Source of the DNA: Blastocladiella emersonii ATCC 22665
Taxonomy: Eukaryota > Fungi > Blastocladiomycota
Length of the DNA: 64,000 bases
Reading direction: 5' to 3'
Assembly (NCBI GenBank): GCA_025594325.1
Contig: JANHCV010000015.1
Coordinates: 682,001 to 746,000, forward strand
In this document: in pieces, positions 63,341-64,000 of the stretch
Numbering within the stretch: position 1 is the stretch's first letter
Layout: each line of letters opens with the position of its first letter
Made by a program: the position numbers and the translations under genes
The notes under the pieces: model-generated
What the model was told of the DNA's origin: nothing
The model's input: only the letters and a program-made list of their open reading frames with translations
The model's database searches: none

Positions 63341-64000
63341 CTAGCGATCAATCTCAACAATCCGGTCGTCCACCACGCCATAGTCCACCTCCTCCTCCTC
63401 CGCCTCGCCCTCAAGCGCGTCGTTGGGAGAAGCAGTAATGGCGCGATACTCGGCCCCGTTTGCGCGATACAGTGGGAGCAGGAAGCACCGGAACATGTTT
63501 CGCTTGAGCCCATCAAAGAAGTCGGGCTGGATCCCTCTTGGGTTGGGACGCGCGTCCGTTGGCGACGACGCAAGGCCGTCCTGGAGCAGCTGCATAAAAC
63601 AGTCCACGTAGCCCGGCATGAGCGTGATCTGCTCGCTGGGCGTGAAATCCGAGCCCAGCTTCCGCACGACGGCAGGCAAGTACGCGTCAGCCAGCTCGGG
63701 AACGAGCTTCAGGCCTGGGTAACCCCACGAAACCGCGATGTCCGGGTGCGGGACGACGCTCAAGTCAAGCACGGGTGTGTGGGCACGGGCGGCCTCGCAC
63801 GGAGGAAGCACTGAGATGCGGTTCACGAGCAGGAGTGCGAGAAGTTCCTTCTTCTCGTTCAACACCTTGACCAAGGGAAGCGCGTCCCGATGGATCAAGG
63901 CGAAGAGCCGCGCGAGCGTAACACGCAAGAAGCGCGCCCGCTCAGCGGCGGATGGAGCTCGCTTCGAGTCAAGTACGCGCCGCTGCACGGCGTCGTCCTC
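63341..64000 (-). CDS. DUF4470-like copy 6, C-terminal part (continues beyond the window)
   Basis: AERARFLR...HTPVLD...FRCFLLPLYRANGAEY...VDYGVVDDRIVE matches the C-terminus of copies 2-5. Confidence 0.85.
   Translation of the reverse strand, partial: EDDAVQRRVLDSKRAPSAAERARFLRVTLARLFALIHRDALPLVKVLNEKKELLALLLVNRISVLPPCEAARAHTPVLDLSVVPHPDIAVSWGYPGLKLVPELADAYLPAVVRKLGSDFTPSEQITLMPGYVDCFMQLLQDGLASSPTDARPNPRGIQPDFFDGLKRNMFRCFLLPLYRANGAEYRAITASPNDALEGEAEEEEVDYGVVDDRIVEIDR

Noticed and set aside
1-64000. tRNA or rRNA genes
   Set aside because: No cloverleaf or rRNA signature recognised by eye; a covariance-model scan would be needed to exclude them fully.

Overview
This is a eukaryotic window with short spliceosomal GT-AG introns; the gene content suggests an early-diverging (zoosporic) fungus such as Allomyces, which is an inference. 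The left ~44 kb is an accessory region: a birth-and-death array of ~1,085-aa DUF4470-like genes (five copies here and a sixth at the right edge; only two are intact) plus two Gly/Asn/Trp-rich small proteins. The right ~20 kb is very GC-rich core DNA carrying SRP receptor alpha, a CDC48/AFG2-type AAA ATPase, a DUF707-like gene, a DUF4436-like gene, a sphingomyelin-synthase-like gene, a Sec2-like Rab GEF and a DUF1399-like gene. The main result is a three-level nest: DUF4470 copy 4 is interrupted by a complete DIRS retrotransposon (12681-33694), whose pol gene is in turn interrupted by a 15,737-bp endogenous Polinton-like virus (14372-30108). The virus has 1,054-bp TIRs, TG...CA ends and a 5-bp target duplication. 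It encodes a double-jelly-roll capsid, penton, packaging ATPase, a fibre-like protein, an rve integrase, a tyrosine-recombinase-family protein and a PolA-like (TVpol)/SF3 helicase fusion; I could not recognise a protein-primed PolB or a protease. Each end carries a 26-bp palindrome (perfect on the left, one mismatch on the right), which suggests hairpin telomeres, and most viral genes share an upstream TT(G/C)TTG-N8-TAAA motif. Both mobile elements are being degraded mainly by CpG-to-TpG changes, including CGA-to-TGA stops. All family assignments come from motifs read by eye; no searches were run.
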